Shown here in pieces: positions 1-10,109 of a stretch of 64,000 nucleotides of DNA (position 1 is the first letter of the stretch; each line of letters opens with the position of its first letter). Both the position numbers and the translations under genes were made by a program. Origin of the DNA: an uncultured delta proteobacterium. GTDB taxonomy: Bacteria > Desulfobacterota > Binatia > Binatales > Binataceae. The notes below the pieces were generated by a model. The model was given only the letters and a program-made list of their open reading frames with translations, ran no database searches and had not been told where the DNA came from. The stretch is taken from NCBI GenBank assembly GCA_963808235.1, contig CAWEEQ010000004.1:3040001-3104000 (forward strand), given 5' to 3'.

Positions 1-154
1 TTGCTTTGTCGAAACTTCCTTCAACTGACCACTCAGACAGCGGAGGGTTTCTGATCCAAACCACTCTCCCGTCTGAGAGCTGCACGCTGTTCGCAGGTGG
101 CGCCATCAGATACCAGCCCACCAGCGACAGCGCGGCGGCGTGGCGGAGCTTCAT
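1..154 (-). CDS. Small secreted/membrane protein, partial (runs off the window start)
   Basis: Not in the ORF track. My translation from ATG at 154 gives MKLRHAAALSLVGWYLMAPPANSVQLSDGRVVWIRNPPLSEWSVEGSFDKA..., open to the window edge, with a signal-peptide-like N-terminus. Confidence 0.7.
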   Translation of the reverse strand, partial: MKLRHAAALSLVGWYLMAPPANSVQLSDGRVVWIRNPPLSEWSVEGSFDKA

Positions 155-163
155 GAGAACCAC

Positions 164-349
164 TCAATCCCGCCGACGCCTTGGCTTCGATCTCACGCGT
201 TTCTCCGGCGGCACGCTTCGGTCGATGACTCGCTCCCTCGGTTTTCGACGGTGCTTTGGACAATGATAGGCGCCGTACCCATCCTCGGTCCGAGCTGGCT
301 GCCCGCAAACGCTCCCATCAAGGCGTTTAGCGGTACATGTCTTGTACAT
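164..349 (-). CDS. Small basic Cys/His (C-x9-C-x14-C-x2-H) zinc-finger-like protein
   Basis: 61 aa ORF, CTAKRLDGSVC...YHCPKH followed by an Arg/Lys-rich tail; co-oriented between two minus-strand genes. Confidence 0.5.
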   Translation of the reverse strand: MYKTCTAKRLDGSVCGQPARTEDGYGAYHCPKHRRKPRERVIDRSVPPEKRVRSKPRRRRD

Positions 350-387
350 GCCCGTGAGTTAGCAGGCCGCAGCGCGACCGACAACGA

Positions 388-1005
388 TTAGAACCGCGTC
401 ATCTCATCTCTCGCCGAGCAAACGTAGTCCAAATGTCCATCGGCCCCGCCGAAAAAATTCTTGAGACCCTCCATTACCTCCCGCAGGTTGCTCAGGTCTA
501 TGGCGACGTTAGGAAGACGTATGAGCGTTCCGTCTTTTTTTACCGGATATCGGAACGCTTCGGCACGTGTATCAAGGCGGTGAAACTGCTGGATCAATTT
601 TCCGACCGTCGAAGCACCGACAGCGGCGCTTTTGTTATCAGGGTGGGTAAAGATCGCCTTGCAGCACTTCCAAAGGGGATCGAGATTGTGATCTTTTTTG
701 ATGGGTAGTGAAACACCATAGCGGGGCCCGTAACTGTTGATAATCCACTGCATATTCATTTCCAGCGCGTGCCGATAGCAAAACAGGATCGGATAAATCA
801 TGGTATGCCCTTCGTGCAGGTTCTTAAGGCACTTATCCACTAAGACGTGTCCTGCTCGGAAATACCCTCTCAACATTAAAACATGCCGTTCGGCGGGGTA
901 GTCAGAAAAGGTTATCACATTGTTCCAACTGACCACCTTGCCCAACAACCGGTCGTCTGGGCGCGGCCATCTCTGCTCCAAGCTCGCTGAAATTTTAGCC
1001 ATCAT
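388..1005 (-). CDS. HEPN-like hypothetical protein
   Basis: Motifs YPILFCYRHALE, KDHNL and EAFRYP resemble the HEPN helical-bundle pattern. SD GGAGGG at 1010-1015. AT-richer than the core genes. Confidence 0.6.
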   Translation of the reverse strand: MMAKISASLEQRWPRPDDRLLGKVVSWNNVITFSDYPAERHVLMLRGYFRAGHVLVDKCLKNLHEGHTMIYPILFCYRHALEMNMQWIINSYGPRYGVSLPIKKDHNLDPLWKCCKAIFTHPDNKSAAVGASTVGKLIQQFHRLDTRAEAFRYPVKKDGTLIRLPNVAIDLSNLREVMEGLKNFFGGADGHLDYVCSARDEMTRF

Positions 1006-1498
1006 CGAACCCTCCATTTTCCTGCCCCGCCGCGCTGCGCGTCCGACCTCGCATCAGAACCCCATCAAATTGCCAATTCGGAACAACTCTCCCGCCAAAC
1101 CCTTCTAACAGGACGAAGTCCGCATCCGATGCGCAACGGGAAGCCACGAAACGGAAACCTGCGTGAGGTTTCGCTGTTGCCCGCTGGTCGCTTGCGTTTC
1201 TGTTAACCGCTCAATGCCCAGACTGCGCACCAAACGGGTTACTCGACCCACCCACCGTACTCCCCGCACACTCCCCCACCCTCTCTCACCCACCGTCGCA
1301 ATCTCCGGAATACCCGGCTTCATATTCATCTCATCATCGGCGGTAAAAAACACCGCGCCGCATATTTCCGAAATGTAATCCGGCCCGCCGCCGACTTCCA
1401 GAATCCGTGGGTCAACGAAACTGACCCAACCGCCGATCACTGTTTGTCGCACTCAGGACTTGATATCCTCCGGCATCGAAATCGAAGGGGCCAATACG

Positions 1499-1882
1499 AT
1501 GCCAACTACTCGCCGCATTCTGGCAACCGCCGTCGTGATTCTCACGATGGTCGCCGTGGCCTCATCATCCGCCCTCGCCCAATCCTCCGAACCCAAACGC
1601 CGTATCATTCCGGTGACGATCAACAAAGGCGAGAACTACACCATCAGCGGCGTCAAGGAATCCGAGGGCGCCCCCGCCACCAAGGTGGTCGCCAATCCGG
1701 GCGCGCTCGTGGTCCAAAACGCCCCCGGCCGGATCGAATTGGTCGGCGCCGATACCGGCAGTTGGAAAATCGACGTGACTCTCGATACCGGCGAGAAAGT
1801 CACCTACCTGGTGACCGTCAAATCCTCCGGGCTACCTCAAGGCGATCTGAATCCAGGCACCGCCCCACCCTCCATTCCTTAG
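1499..1882 (+). CDS. Secreted protein with pilus-assembly N-terminal (CpaC/T2SS-T3SS_pil_N-like) domain
   Basis: Signal peptide ending SALA-Q; beta-rich domain with VVANPGALVV...IELVG...G...IDV pattern; SD GAAGGGG. Confidence 0.55.
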   Translation: MPTTRRILATAVVILTMVAVASSSALAQSSEPKRRIIPVTINKGENYTISGVKESEGAPATKVVANPGALVVQNAPGRIELVGADTGSWKIDVTLDTGEKVTYLVTVKSSGLPQGDLNPGTAPPSIP

Positions 1883-2098
1883 TCACTGCGCCTCAATCAA
1901 CTCCACATCCTTCGGAATAAGTGAAACCCAAAAAAGGAACGAAAATCCAGGCAGCGCACTCTTTCGAAAGGTTCATCTTTCCCCAGACCGAGAGCAAAAT
2001 ACCGTCCTCGGGATTTTGCGATTGAATGGAATGGACACTGGGTGCAGGGGTCACCCCTGCCGCCCCGCGCGCAGCGGTCTGCTCTTGAACTCCCCCCA

Positions 2099-2113
2099 TG
2101 ACAACGGTTGTCA
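2099..2113. promoter_or_regulatory. Palindromic operator candidate TGACAAC-G-GTTGTCA upstream of ferredoxin
   Basis: Perfect 7-bp inverted repeat about 55 bp upstream of the ferredoxin ATG; resembles LacI/GntR-type operators. Confidence 0.4.
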
Positions 2114-2167
2114 CTCCCCTCCCAGATGTCGATTGATGCCTCAATCAGCGCTGTTAGAGTTGGAACG

Positions 2168-3022
2168 ATGGCCACGACGATCACCAGCGAATGTATCAAT
2201 TGCGGAGCTTGCGAGCCCGAATGCCCCAACACGGCCATCTATGCCGGCGGCGTTGCGTGGGAACTTAACGGCGCAACCAGCCCGGCAATCGCGCAGGACA
2301 TCTATTACATCGTTCCGTCGAAATGCACCGAATGCGTCGGCTTCCACGATCACGAAGCCTGCGCCGCAGTATGCCCGGTCGATTGCTGCATCCCCGATCC
2401 AGCCAACCTCGAAACCGAAGGCGTCCTGCTCGCGCGCGCGCGAGAGTTGCATCCCGAAACCACTTTTCCCGATGACGCCCCGTCGCGCTTCCGCAAGGAA
2501 GGCGCTGGCGCAGAAGGGTTGCAGCTCCCGAAAACGGCGAAAGCAGCGCCAAAATGGCAACTAACGGCAAGGCAGCGGAATCCGCACCGAAGATCGCCGT
2601 TTCTTCGCCTAAGCCCGCCGCGCCCGCGGCTCAACCCGCCGCGGCAGTCGCCCAGGAATTCAACCCGATCGCATGGGAAGTCCCGGTCATCTGCAAGGAC
2701 TGCAATCAGCCGTGGACGATTCCGTATCGCCTGTTCGAAGCGGGCGTCGTCTTCCACTGCCCGGTCAATGTTCGGGATCGTTCGTCCCGAAGACCTCGAT
2801 GTATCGCGCGGTGCGCGAAACTTTCGAGGGCTTCTACAATCGGCGCAAAGCTCCGAGCGCGAGGCGTTCGCGCGCAAGCAGGCGAAAGAGGCCGCCGCGT
2901 TCGAAGCCAAGCAAGTCGCCGAGATGGAACAGTTCAAGCAGACGCTCGAACGCCTCGCCCATTCGATGAAGCCCGCCGGCAAACTGGAACGCCCGAAGGG
3001 TCTCGCCTCGATGTTCACTTGA
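2168..3022 (+). CDS. YfhL-family 2[4Fe-4S] ferredoxin, probably fused via an Ala/Pro linker to a CxxC...CxxC zinc ribbon and coiled coil (frameshifted; could be two genes)
   Basis: CINCGACEPECP and CTECVG...CAAVCPVDCC motifs. Downstream pieces in other frames read WEVPVICKDC..VVFHCP / QCSGSFVPKT.. / EREAFARKQAKE...LASMFT*. Confidence 0.75.
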   Translation: MATTITSECINCGACEPECPNTAIYAGGVAWELNGATSPAIAQDIYYIVPSKCTECVGFHDHEACAAVCPVDCCIPDPANLETEGVLLARARELHPETTFPDDAPSRFRKEGAGAEGLQLPKTAKAAPKWQLTARQRNPHRRSPFLRLSPPRPRLNPPRQSPRNSTRSHGKSRSSARTAISRGRFRIACSKRASSSTARSMFGIVRPEDLDVSRGARNFRGLLQSAQSSEREAFARKQAKEAAAFEAKQVAEMEQFKQTLERLAHSMKPAGKLERPKGLASMFT

Positions 3023-3033
3023 CGGCTCCGACT

Positions 3034-4270
3034 CTACTTCTCCCCAAGTCCTTCTTCGCGAATCACATACCCGCGACTCAGCAGATGCGCGCGAATCGAG
3101 TCGATATGCTCGGGGCCGCGCGTCTCCAACTCGAGCATCACGCGCGCGCCGCCAATCGCAACGTCGCGCCGGGTGCGATCGTGATCGATCGCGCGAACGT
3201 TCGCGCCCGTCTCTCCGAGCTACTGCGAGCAGCTTGCCGAGTTCGCCAGGTCGATCGCGCAAATCGACGCCGACCCGGAACAAGCGCCCGACTTTTACGA
3301 GTCCATGCCCGATAATCCGATCGAGCAGGTTCATGTCGATATTGCCGCCGCTCAAAACCAGCACCACGCGCTTGCCCTTCAGTTCGTTCTGGATCTTGAG
3401 CGCGCCCGCGAGCGCGGCTGCGCCAGCGCCTTCGGCAAGGAGCTTCAGCCGCTCGAGCAGGAGCAGCACGGCCTCGCCGATTTCGAAGTCATCGACGGTG
3501 ACGACGCGTTTGACCCGTCCGCGCATGATCTCGAATGGCACCGCGCCGATGCGTCCGGTCGGCGAGTCCGTCGGCGATAGTATCGGCGGGACGGCCGATC
3601 GATTCGGGCGCGCCGGCGGCGAGACTCGCGCTCAGTTGCGGCGAGCCCGCGGCTTCGACGCCGATCACTTCCGCCGCGGACGCGCGCGCATGCAAGCGCC
3701 GCCGAGATTCCAGCAATCAGTCCGCCGCCGCCGACCGGGACCATCACCACGTCGGGTGTGATTTCGTCGGCGATCTCCAGCCCGACAGTGCCCTGCCCCG
3801 CGACCACGTAAGGATCGTCGTAAGCGTCGACGAAGATTGCGCCGCGCTCGGTGCAGATCGCGGCGGCGGCGGCACGCGCACCTTGATAATCCGCGCCCTG
3901 TAAGATTACCGATTGGCCGTAGCTTCGGGTCGCGTCTATTTTTGCGATCGCCGCCGCGGTTGGCATCACGATCGTCGCGGTCACGCCGGCGCGAGTCGCC
4001 GCGTATGCGAGCGCTTGTCCATGATTTCCGGCCGACGCCGCGACGACGCCGCGCGATTTTTCCTCGTCGCTGAGCGTGACGATCCGATTGTAGGCGCCGC
4101 GAATTTTGAACGAGCCGGTCTTCTGCACATTCTCGGGCTTGATGCGCACGTCTGCGTCGAGCATCCGCGAGAGCGTTGCGCTGCGTCTCAAGCGGCGTCG
4201 GCCTGATGATTCCGGCGAGACGGCTGCGCGCCTCTTCTATTTGTTCGAGCGACAAGCGCGTGGATGGCAT
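3034..4270 (-). CDS. ilvA: Threonine ammonia-lyase with C-terminal ACT domain (frameshifted)
   Basis: PLP motif KPENVQKTGSFKIRGA, SAGNHGQ, PVGGGGLI, LSGGNID and ACT segment DRPGELGK, spread over several frames. Confidence 0.9.
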
Positions 4271-4279
4271 CGGAAAAAT

Positions 4280-4630
4280 CTAGTGATGAACCGGGGGCGC
4301 AAATTGACGCGCGGTTACCGCCCCGAAAGAGTCGCCGTCGAAATCGATTTGCGTGCAGGCTCCGGTCTTGTAATCGAGATCGAGCAGAAGATTACGGACC
4401 GCGCGCCGCTTGATCGAGTTGATCAGCGCCGCGACGGCTTCGCGATCTTCGGTCGAAATCGCACCGACCTCGGCTGCGTCAAGATGGCTCTGAGAGCAGA
4501 ACTCGCGCGCCTTGTCCTCGCTGCTGAATGCGAGCACTCCGGCCCACGGCGCGCCTTTTTCCTGGAAGACGATCAGCGCACCTGCCGTATCGAGAAGGAG
4601 ATGAATTTCTTTGCCGAGCAAATCACTCAA
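4280..4630 (-). CDS. Hypothetical protein (116 aa)
   Basis: Intact ORF with host-like codon usage; TTG start overlaps the upstream TGA. Confidence 0.7.
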   Translation of the reverse strand: MSDLLGKEIHLLLDTAGALIVFQEKGAPWAGVLAFSSEDKAREFCSQSHLDAAEVGAISTEDREAVAALINSIKRRAVRNLLLDLDYKTGACTQIDFDGDSFGAVTARQFAPPVHH

Positions 4631-4964
4631 GAGTTTTCGACCGTGAGCTTGCCGGTGCGAATCGCGGCCGCGCGCTCGCGGACCAGCGCCGGATAGGTGT
4701 AGTAATGCTCGCCGCTTAAGTGCAGGAACGAATCGATATCGACGTCCTCGAGTTCGAGTTCCGCGATTGCGCTTTCCGCCGCGGCCCTGCTCGACGCTTT
4801 TACGATCGAGTCGTAGAGCGCGCGACCCTGGCTCGACTGGAAATCCTCGCGCGGCGGAAGTGCGTCGTGCGCGAGCTTACCGGCGTGAAATTATCCAGAA
4901 TGAAGCGCAGCGCCTTAAGTTCATGGCGTAAAATGTCGACGGGCTTGATCGATTCGCGCGGCAT
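4627..4964 (-). CDS. Hypothetical protein (frameshift near 4885)
   Basis: Joined reading MPRESIKPVDILRHELKALRFILDNF/HAGKLAHDALPPREDFQSSQGRALYDSIVKA...TGKLTVENS*. Confidence 0.6.
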
Positions 4965-5030
4965 AGGAGCCGAGCATATCGCCGCGAGTTCGCGCGATTC
5001 AATCACGGGCAGGGACGCCCGTGCCACGAA

Positions 5031-5853
5031 TCAGTCGCCTTTGATCAGGCGATGGATGGCGCTCAGATGCCTTTGCGATTCGCGCTTGCGGCCCATCACT
5101 TCATACATCTCGGCCGCGTTGCGATGCGCTTCGACGTTGGCGGGATCGCATTCCAGGGTGCGCAGAAAGCTCCGCAGCGCTTGCTGAGGCTCCTCCTTCC
5201 TTCGATAGAGCAGTCCCGAGCCTCAGATGCACTTCGGCATTGGCCGGGACGATCGCGGCCGCACCGAGCAGATGACGCAACGCACTGCCGAGGTCGCCCT
5301 CTCGTTCGAGCAGAGTTGCAAGGCGGATATGGGCCTCGAAGTTGCCGGGCTCGCGGCCGAGCAGCTCGCCGTAAATCGTTAGTGCGCGGAGCGGATCTTC
5401 GTCGGCGATTTGGCGCGCCTCTTCGAAGCGCTCGCGCACGCGCGCCGGTCCGAAGCGATCTTCGACCTTGCCGCGCCGACAACTGCCTTCGAAATCGAGA
5501 AGCAGCTGTCCGGTCTGCGCTTCGATGAGCACCGGGCCGTCGCGCACGACGATGCGCCCTTCGTCATTGACGAGTTTGAGTGAAGTGACACTGCGGTCGG
5601 GAGCGACGAACTCGCGCACCCGATCGAGGCATCGCTGAACCGGCTCGATATGCTGGCGGGTGCCGAGCAGCTCCTTGGCGAGGCGCATCTCGAGCAGATC
5701 GTTGAATGCGAAGCGATATTTTCGTCCGCCGGAATTGAGCGGCCGGATCAGATTGCGCTTGACCCAGTAACGAATTCGCTCCGGCGTGACCGCGAGGATT
5801 CGCGCAGCTGTGCGCGTGGAAAACGTTTCTCCCCCTCCAACCGCCTCTACCAT
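5031..5853 (-). CDS. MerR-type HTH plus TPR repeat protein (frameshift near 5200)
   Basis: FSTRTAARILAVTPERIRYW..LIRP...YRFAFNDL MerR HTH, followed by TPR-like repeats (EAHIRLATLL, EVHLRLG, EAHRNAAEMYE). Confidence 0.8.
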
Positions 5854-5945
5854 CTTCAAGCCCAACACCGCCCGAGTATAAGTACTCGCGGCGATACTCT
5901 CAATGCGGGACGGCGGGCTTTCTCAACACCTGTTGAGCGCCGCAG

Positions 5946-6359
5946 CTAGCGGCGGACCTCTTTGAGGGCGCGAATGACGCCGACTACTGCGTTGACGCCG
6001 TTTTTTGCGTTTTCGATTCGCGCGACGGCCTGCTCGTCGGTCATGGCGGGTCCGATGATCGAGAGGCCGACGGGCTTGTCGAACTCGAGCGACAACTCGA
6101 TGCCGGCGCGGGCGATCGCATGCGCGATCACTTCGTCGTGATTAGTCTCGCCCTTGATCACCGCGCCAATCATCACGACGCCTTCGATTTCCTTGCGCTG
6201 CAGCAGGGCCTTCACGACCGGCGCCATGTCGTACACGCCCGGGACGTTGACCACGCGCGCGACTTCGACGCCGAGCGACTCGGCATGGCTGCGCGCCCGC
6301 TGTTCCATCGGGGTGGTTACCTCGGAGTTGAACTCCGAAACTACGAACGCGATTTTCAT
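5946..6359 (-). CDS. ribH: 6,7-dimethyl-8-ribityllumazine synthase (archaeal-type sequence)
   Basis: [31 protein letters not shown] and DKPV motifs. Confidence 0.92.
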   Translation of the reverse strand: MKIAFVVSEFNSEVTTPMEQRARSHAESLGVEVARVVNVPGVYDMAPVVKALLQRKEIEGVVMIGAVIKGETNHDEVIAHAIARAGIELSLEFDKPVGLSIIGPAMTDEQAVARIENAKNGVNAVVGVIRALKEVRR

Positions 6360-7159
6360 CGAGCACGCATCAGGTCGATTGTTACTGCGTCGCGAATCTC
6401 GACGCCGTTGCCTTTGAGGTATGACTTCAGCGCCGGGATCGGATGCTCGCCGTAGTGGACGATCGACGCGACGATCGCTGCGTCGGCAAGCCCGGTCGTG
6501 AAAGCGTCGCGCAGATGCGCCGGCTCTCCGGCGCCGCCGGACGCGATCACGGGGATCGAAACGGCTTCGCTGATGCGGCGCGTGATTTCGAGATCGTAAC
6601 CGAGCTTGGTGCCGTCGCGATCGATCGAGTTGATGCATAGTTCGCCTGCGCCGAGCCGCTCGCCCTCGAGCGACCATGCGAGCGCGTCGCGCCCGGTGGG
6701 CTGGCGTCCGCCGTCGATCACGACTTCGTAACCGGTCGGAATTTCAGGGCGCACGCCGGTTTGCTTCACTTGCATCGAGAGGACGACGCACTGGCTGCCG
6801 AATGCGCGCGCGCCCTCGGAGATCAGTTTCGGATTGCGCACCGCGCCGGAATCGATCGAGACTTTCTCCGCGCCGGCGAGCAGAACGGCGCGCATATCTT
6901 CGAGGGTGCGAAGTCCGCCGCCGACGCTGAACGGAATGAAAATTTCGCGCGCCACCGCGCGGACTACGTCGAGCATGATGCCGCGGCGCTCGTTGCTTGC
7001 GGTGATGTCATAGAAAACGATCTCGTCGGCGCCTTCCTGATAGTAGTAGCGGGCCATCGCGACCGGATCGCCGACGTCGACGTTGGCAAGGAACTGCACG
7101 CCCTTGGTGACTTTGCCGTCGCGCACATCGAGGCACGGGATGATTCGTTTCGCGAGCAT
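6356..7159 (-). CDS. hisF: Imidazole glycerol phosphate synthase cyclase subunit
   Basis: [45 protein letters not shown]. Confidence 0.97.
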   Translation of the reverse strand: MLAKRIIPCLDVRDGKVTKGVQFLANVDVGDPVAMARYYYQEGADEIVFYDITASNERRGIMLDVVRAVAREIFIPFSVGGGLRTLEDMRAVLLAGAEKVSIDSGAVRNPKLISEGARAFGSQCVVLSMQVKQTGVRPEIPTGYEVVIDGGRQPTGRDALAWSLEGERLGAGELCINSIDRDGTKLGYDLEITRRISEAVSIPVIASGGAGEPAHLRDAFTTGLADAAIVASIVHYGEHPIPALKSYLKGNGVEIRDAVTIDLMRAR

Positions 7160-7161
7160 GG

Positions 7162-7783
7162 TCAGGACTTGAGCCGGCAGAAGTTGTCGAGGAGTTTGAG
7201 TCCCGCGGCGCCGCTCTTTTCAAGATGGAACTGGGTCGCGAGCACGTTGTCGCGCACGATCGCGGCGGTGAAGGGGACGCCGTAGTCGCAGGTCGCAAGG
7301 CGCATCGAGGGGTCGTCGAGAATCGGATAGTAAGAATTGACGAAATAAAAGTGCGTGTTGTCCGGCACGCCGGCGAAGACTGGATGGCGTCGCGCCTGGC
7401 GCACGCGGTTCCATCCGATTTGCGGGACCTTGAGCGGGCGGCCGTCGATTGAGCGCGGATAGCGCGCGACGCGGCCGGCGACGATGCCGAGGCAAGTTCG
7501 CATCGTCCTCTTCGCTGCGATCGAGCAGCACCTGGATGCCGATGCAGATGCCGAGGAACGGCTTGCCGGCGCGGGCGACATCGTTGCGGAGGACGTCGAC
7601 GAGTCCGAGCGCGCGCAGGTTTTCCATGGTCGCGCCGGCGGCGCCGACGCCGGGGAGGATCACGCGATCGGCGGCGACGATTCGCTCGGCGCGATCGGTG
7701 ATTTCACACTCGTGGCCGAGGAATTCGAGGGCGCGCTTGACGCTGGCGAGGTTGCCGGCTTTGTAATCGACGATTGCGATCAT
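7162..7783 (-). CDS. hisH: Imidazole glycerol phosphate synthase glutaminase subunit (frameshift near 7495)
   Basis: [47 protein letters not shown] across two frames. Confidence 0.93.
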
Positions 7784-7860
7784 GGGCTCATTCCGAGCCC
7801 CAGATCATAGCGTGAGTCGCATCGGCACCCAAGCATACAGCTCGGTCGAGCCTAGCTAAC

Positions 7861-7896
7861 CTAACCCCAACCCCTTCCCTCGAGGGAAGGGGAACA
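7861..7896. repeat. REP-like/terminator hairpin CCCCTTCCCT-CG-AGGGAAGGGG
   Basis: Perfect 10-bp inverted repeat at 7871-7892, preceded by CTAACCCCAA, in the APC-hisH intergenic region. Confidence 0.6.
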
Positions 7897-8012
7897 ATTT
7901 TTTTATATGACGTGCAGGAGGCACGCGTGGAGGATTGCCTCACGCATTGAGCGCAGCGCGAGCGCCCGCACCGTTAAGACAGCGGCGCGGCGACGATTGT
8001 CGCGATGTCGAA

Positions 8013-10056
8013 TCAAATCTCGGCGCGGATGTCGTGGTCGTCGGAGAGGACGCGGACGTTTACGTGATGCTCGTCGGAGTCGCCGAGGGAGCCCCAGTGC
8101 ATCGCGAAGTTTTCTAGCTGGACGTCGGAGTTGAAGCGGGCCGACGCGCCCATCACGACTTCGTCGACGCCGAGCAGGTACGCGATGCGCGCGATCGCGT
8201 AGACCTGGTCGTTGGAGACGACGACCAGCGGGGTGACGGCGCGGCCGTGATCCTCGCAGACTTTGACGACTTTGCTGAACAGCTTTTCCTCCGCGGCGCT
8301 GAAGACCTGGCCGCCGTCGCTCGAGGCGAGTCCTTTTTCGGTGCGCACGGTGAGCGCGATCAATTCCGCGTCGTCGCGCTCGGACAGGTAGCGATGGAGA
8401 TGCGCGAGGTTGCCCGGATCGCGAATCGCGATGAGCCGCTTGTGCGTGGCGAACAATCCAAGTCGAATCGGATCGACCTGCTCTTCCTCGACCAGCTCGA
8501 GATTGAACTTCTCGGGCTCCTCGCCGTAGGCATGCTCTTCCTGGCCGTTGATCTTTTCCGAGATCACGAAAACGAGGAACAGCGCGAGCGTGAAGCCGAC
8601 GCCGGAGATCGTCGCGACCTGCTTGGTGAACAGATTGATCACGGCGGTTGCGAACAGGACCAGGAACGTAAGCGCGAGTCCGAGCGGGAAGTCCTTGCCG
8701 CCGGGACGAAACCAGGTGAGGTTCATGCGGCACGCGCCACATGCGATGGTACTTGTCCTTGTAGCGGAGAATCAGCACGGAGAGAGTTTTGAAAACGAAA
8801 CTCCAGATCACACCGAAGGCATACGCTTCGCCCAGGACGAACATGTCGCCGCGCGAGAGCACGATCGTTGCGATCTGCAGGAGCGCGACCATGTTTACGA
8901 TGCGATGGTTGGTGCCGTATTTCTTATGCGGATGACGGAACCAGTCGAGCAGCACGCCGTCTTCGGCGACGCGGGTGAGCACTCCGGTGGAACCGACGAT
9001 TGCGGTATTCACGGCGCCGGCAAGAATCAGGAAGCCGACGAAGACGACGAAAGCGCGCAGCGCAATCCGTGCCCACAGCGGCCCGACCATGAACATCGCG
9101 AGTCCGCCGATCAGATCGTCGCCGTAGTTGGACATGCGGACGCTGTCGGGGATGATCATGACGGCGAAGAACGACACCAGCGAGGTCAGGAGCAGGCTGT
9201 AGATGAAAATGACGAGCCCGGTACGGAGAAGGTTCTTCAACTTGGGCGCCGCGATTTCGCGGTTGATCTGCGCGAGCGACTCCTCACCCGACATCGCGAG
9301 GATCGAATGCCCGAACGCGATCATTATTCCGATTGCGCCGATGGTCCGCGCGCCGGGCAGATGCTTGAGCCATCCGAGCGATTCGTCGGTGAACTTCAAT
9401 TCGAGCGGCGGCATGTGAGCGCCGCGAATCGCGATCGTGAGGCCGCACCATACGATCATCATCACGGCCATCACGGTGGTGACTTGCATGATGCGCATCG
9501 CCTTGCCGCTGGATTCCTCGATGCCGAGAATATTCTGGTGCCAGAAATAAATGGTTATGGCGATGGCGAAGAGCGCGGCGCTGAGATCCGGCGGAAAGAT
9601 AATTCCGATGTGCGCGAGCTTGAGCAGCTCATTGATCAAGCCGATCAGATACTGTCCTGCGGAGACGCCGCTGATCGGGCCGGTCAGGATGTAGTCGAAC
9701 ATGAGCGCGGAGACGGAAATTTTCGCAAGCGTCGAGCCCATCGCCTCTTTCACGACGCGATACACGCCGCCACGCGTGAACATCGAGCACGACTCGACGT
9801 ACACGGCGCGCACTGCGTAGGAGAAGAGCATCACCGCGAGGATGAAATACGGGGCCGAGCGGCCGCAGGCCTGCTCGACGATTCCACCGATGTAGTAGGC
9901 TGTCGACGCGAGATCGCAAAGAACGATCGCGGACGCTCGCCAGAAGGAAATGAAGGCGAGCATTCCGGTAGTAACAACTATAGCTTTGGTCTGTCTTCCG
10001 AAGGTCGCCTGCGGCTGAGTCCGCTCGGCGCCCGCGACTTTTGGAGTAGCGGCCAA
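8013..10056 (-). CDS. APC-superfamily permease with C-terminal USP-like cytoplasmic domain (KimA-like; frameshift near 8730)
   Basis: About 12 hydrophobic segments, DLASTAYY and LAMSGEESLAQ motifs; C-terminal domain ending in VDEVVMGAS. TTG start with SD GGGAGG. Confidence 0.85.
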
Positions 10057-10109
10057 GTAAGAGTCCTCCCTGAGCAAGACGCCGAATACGGCGTTGCACG
10101 CAATTCAAA

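Noticed and set aside
1018-1498. tRNA or integration site at the island edge
   Set aside because: No cloverleaf or T-loop/CCA pattern found on either strand.
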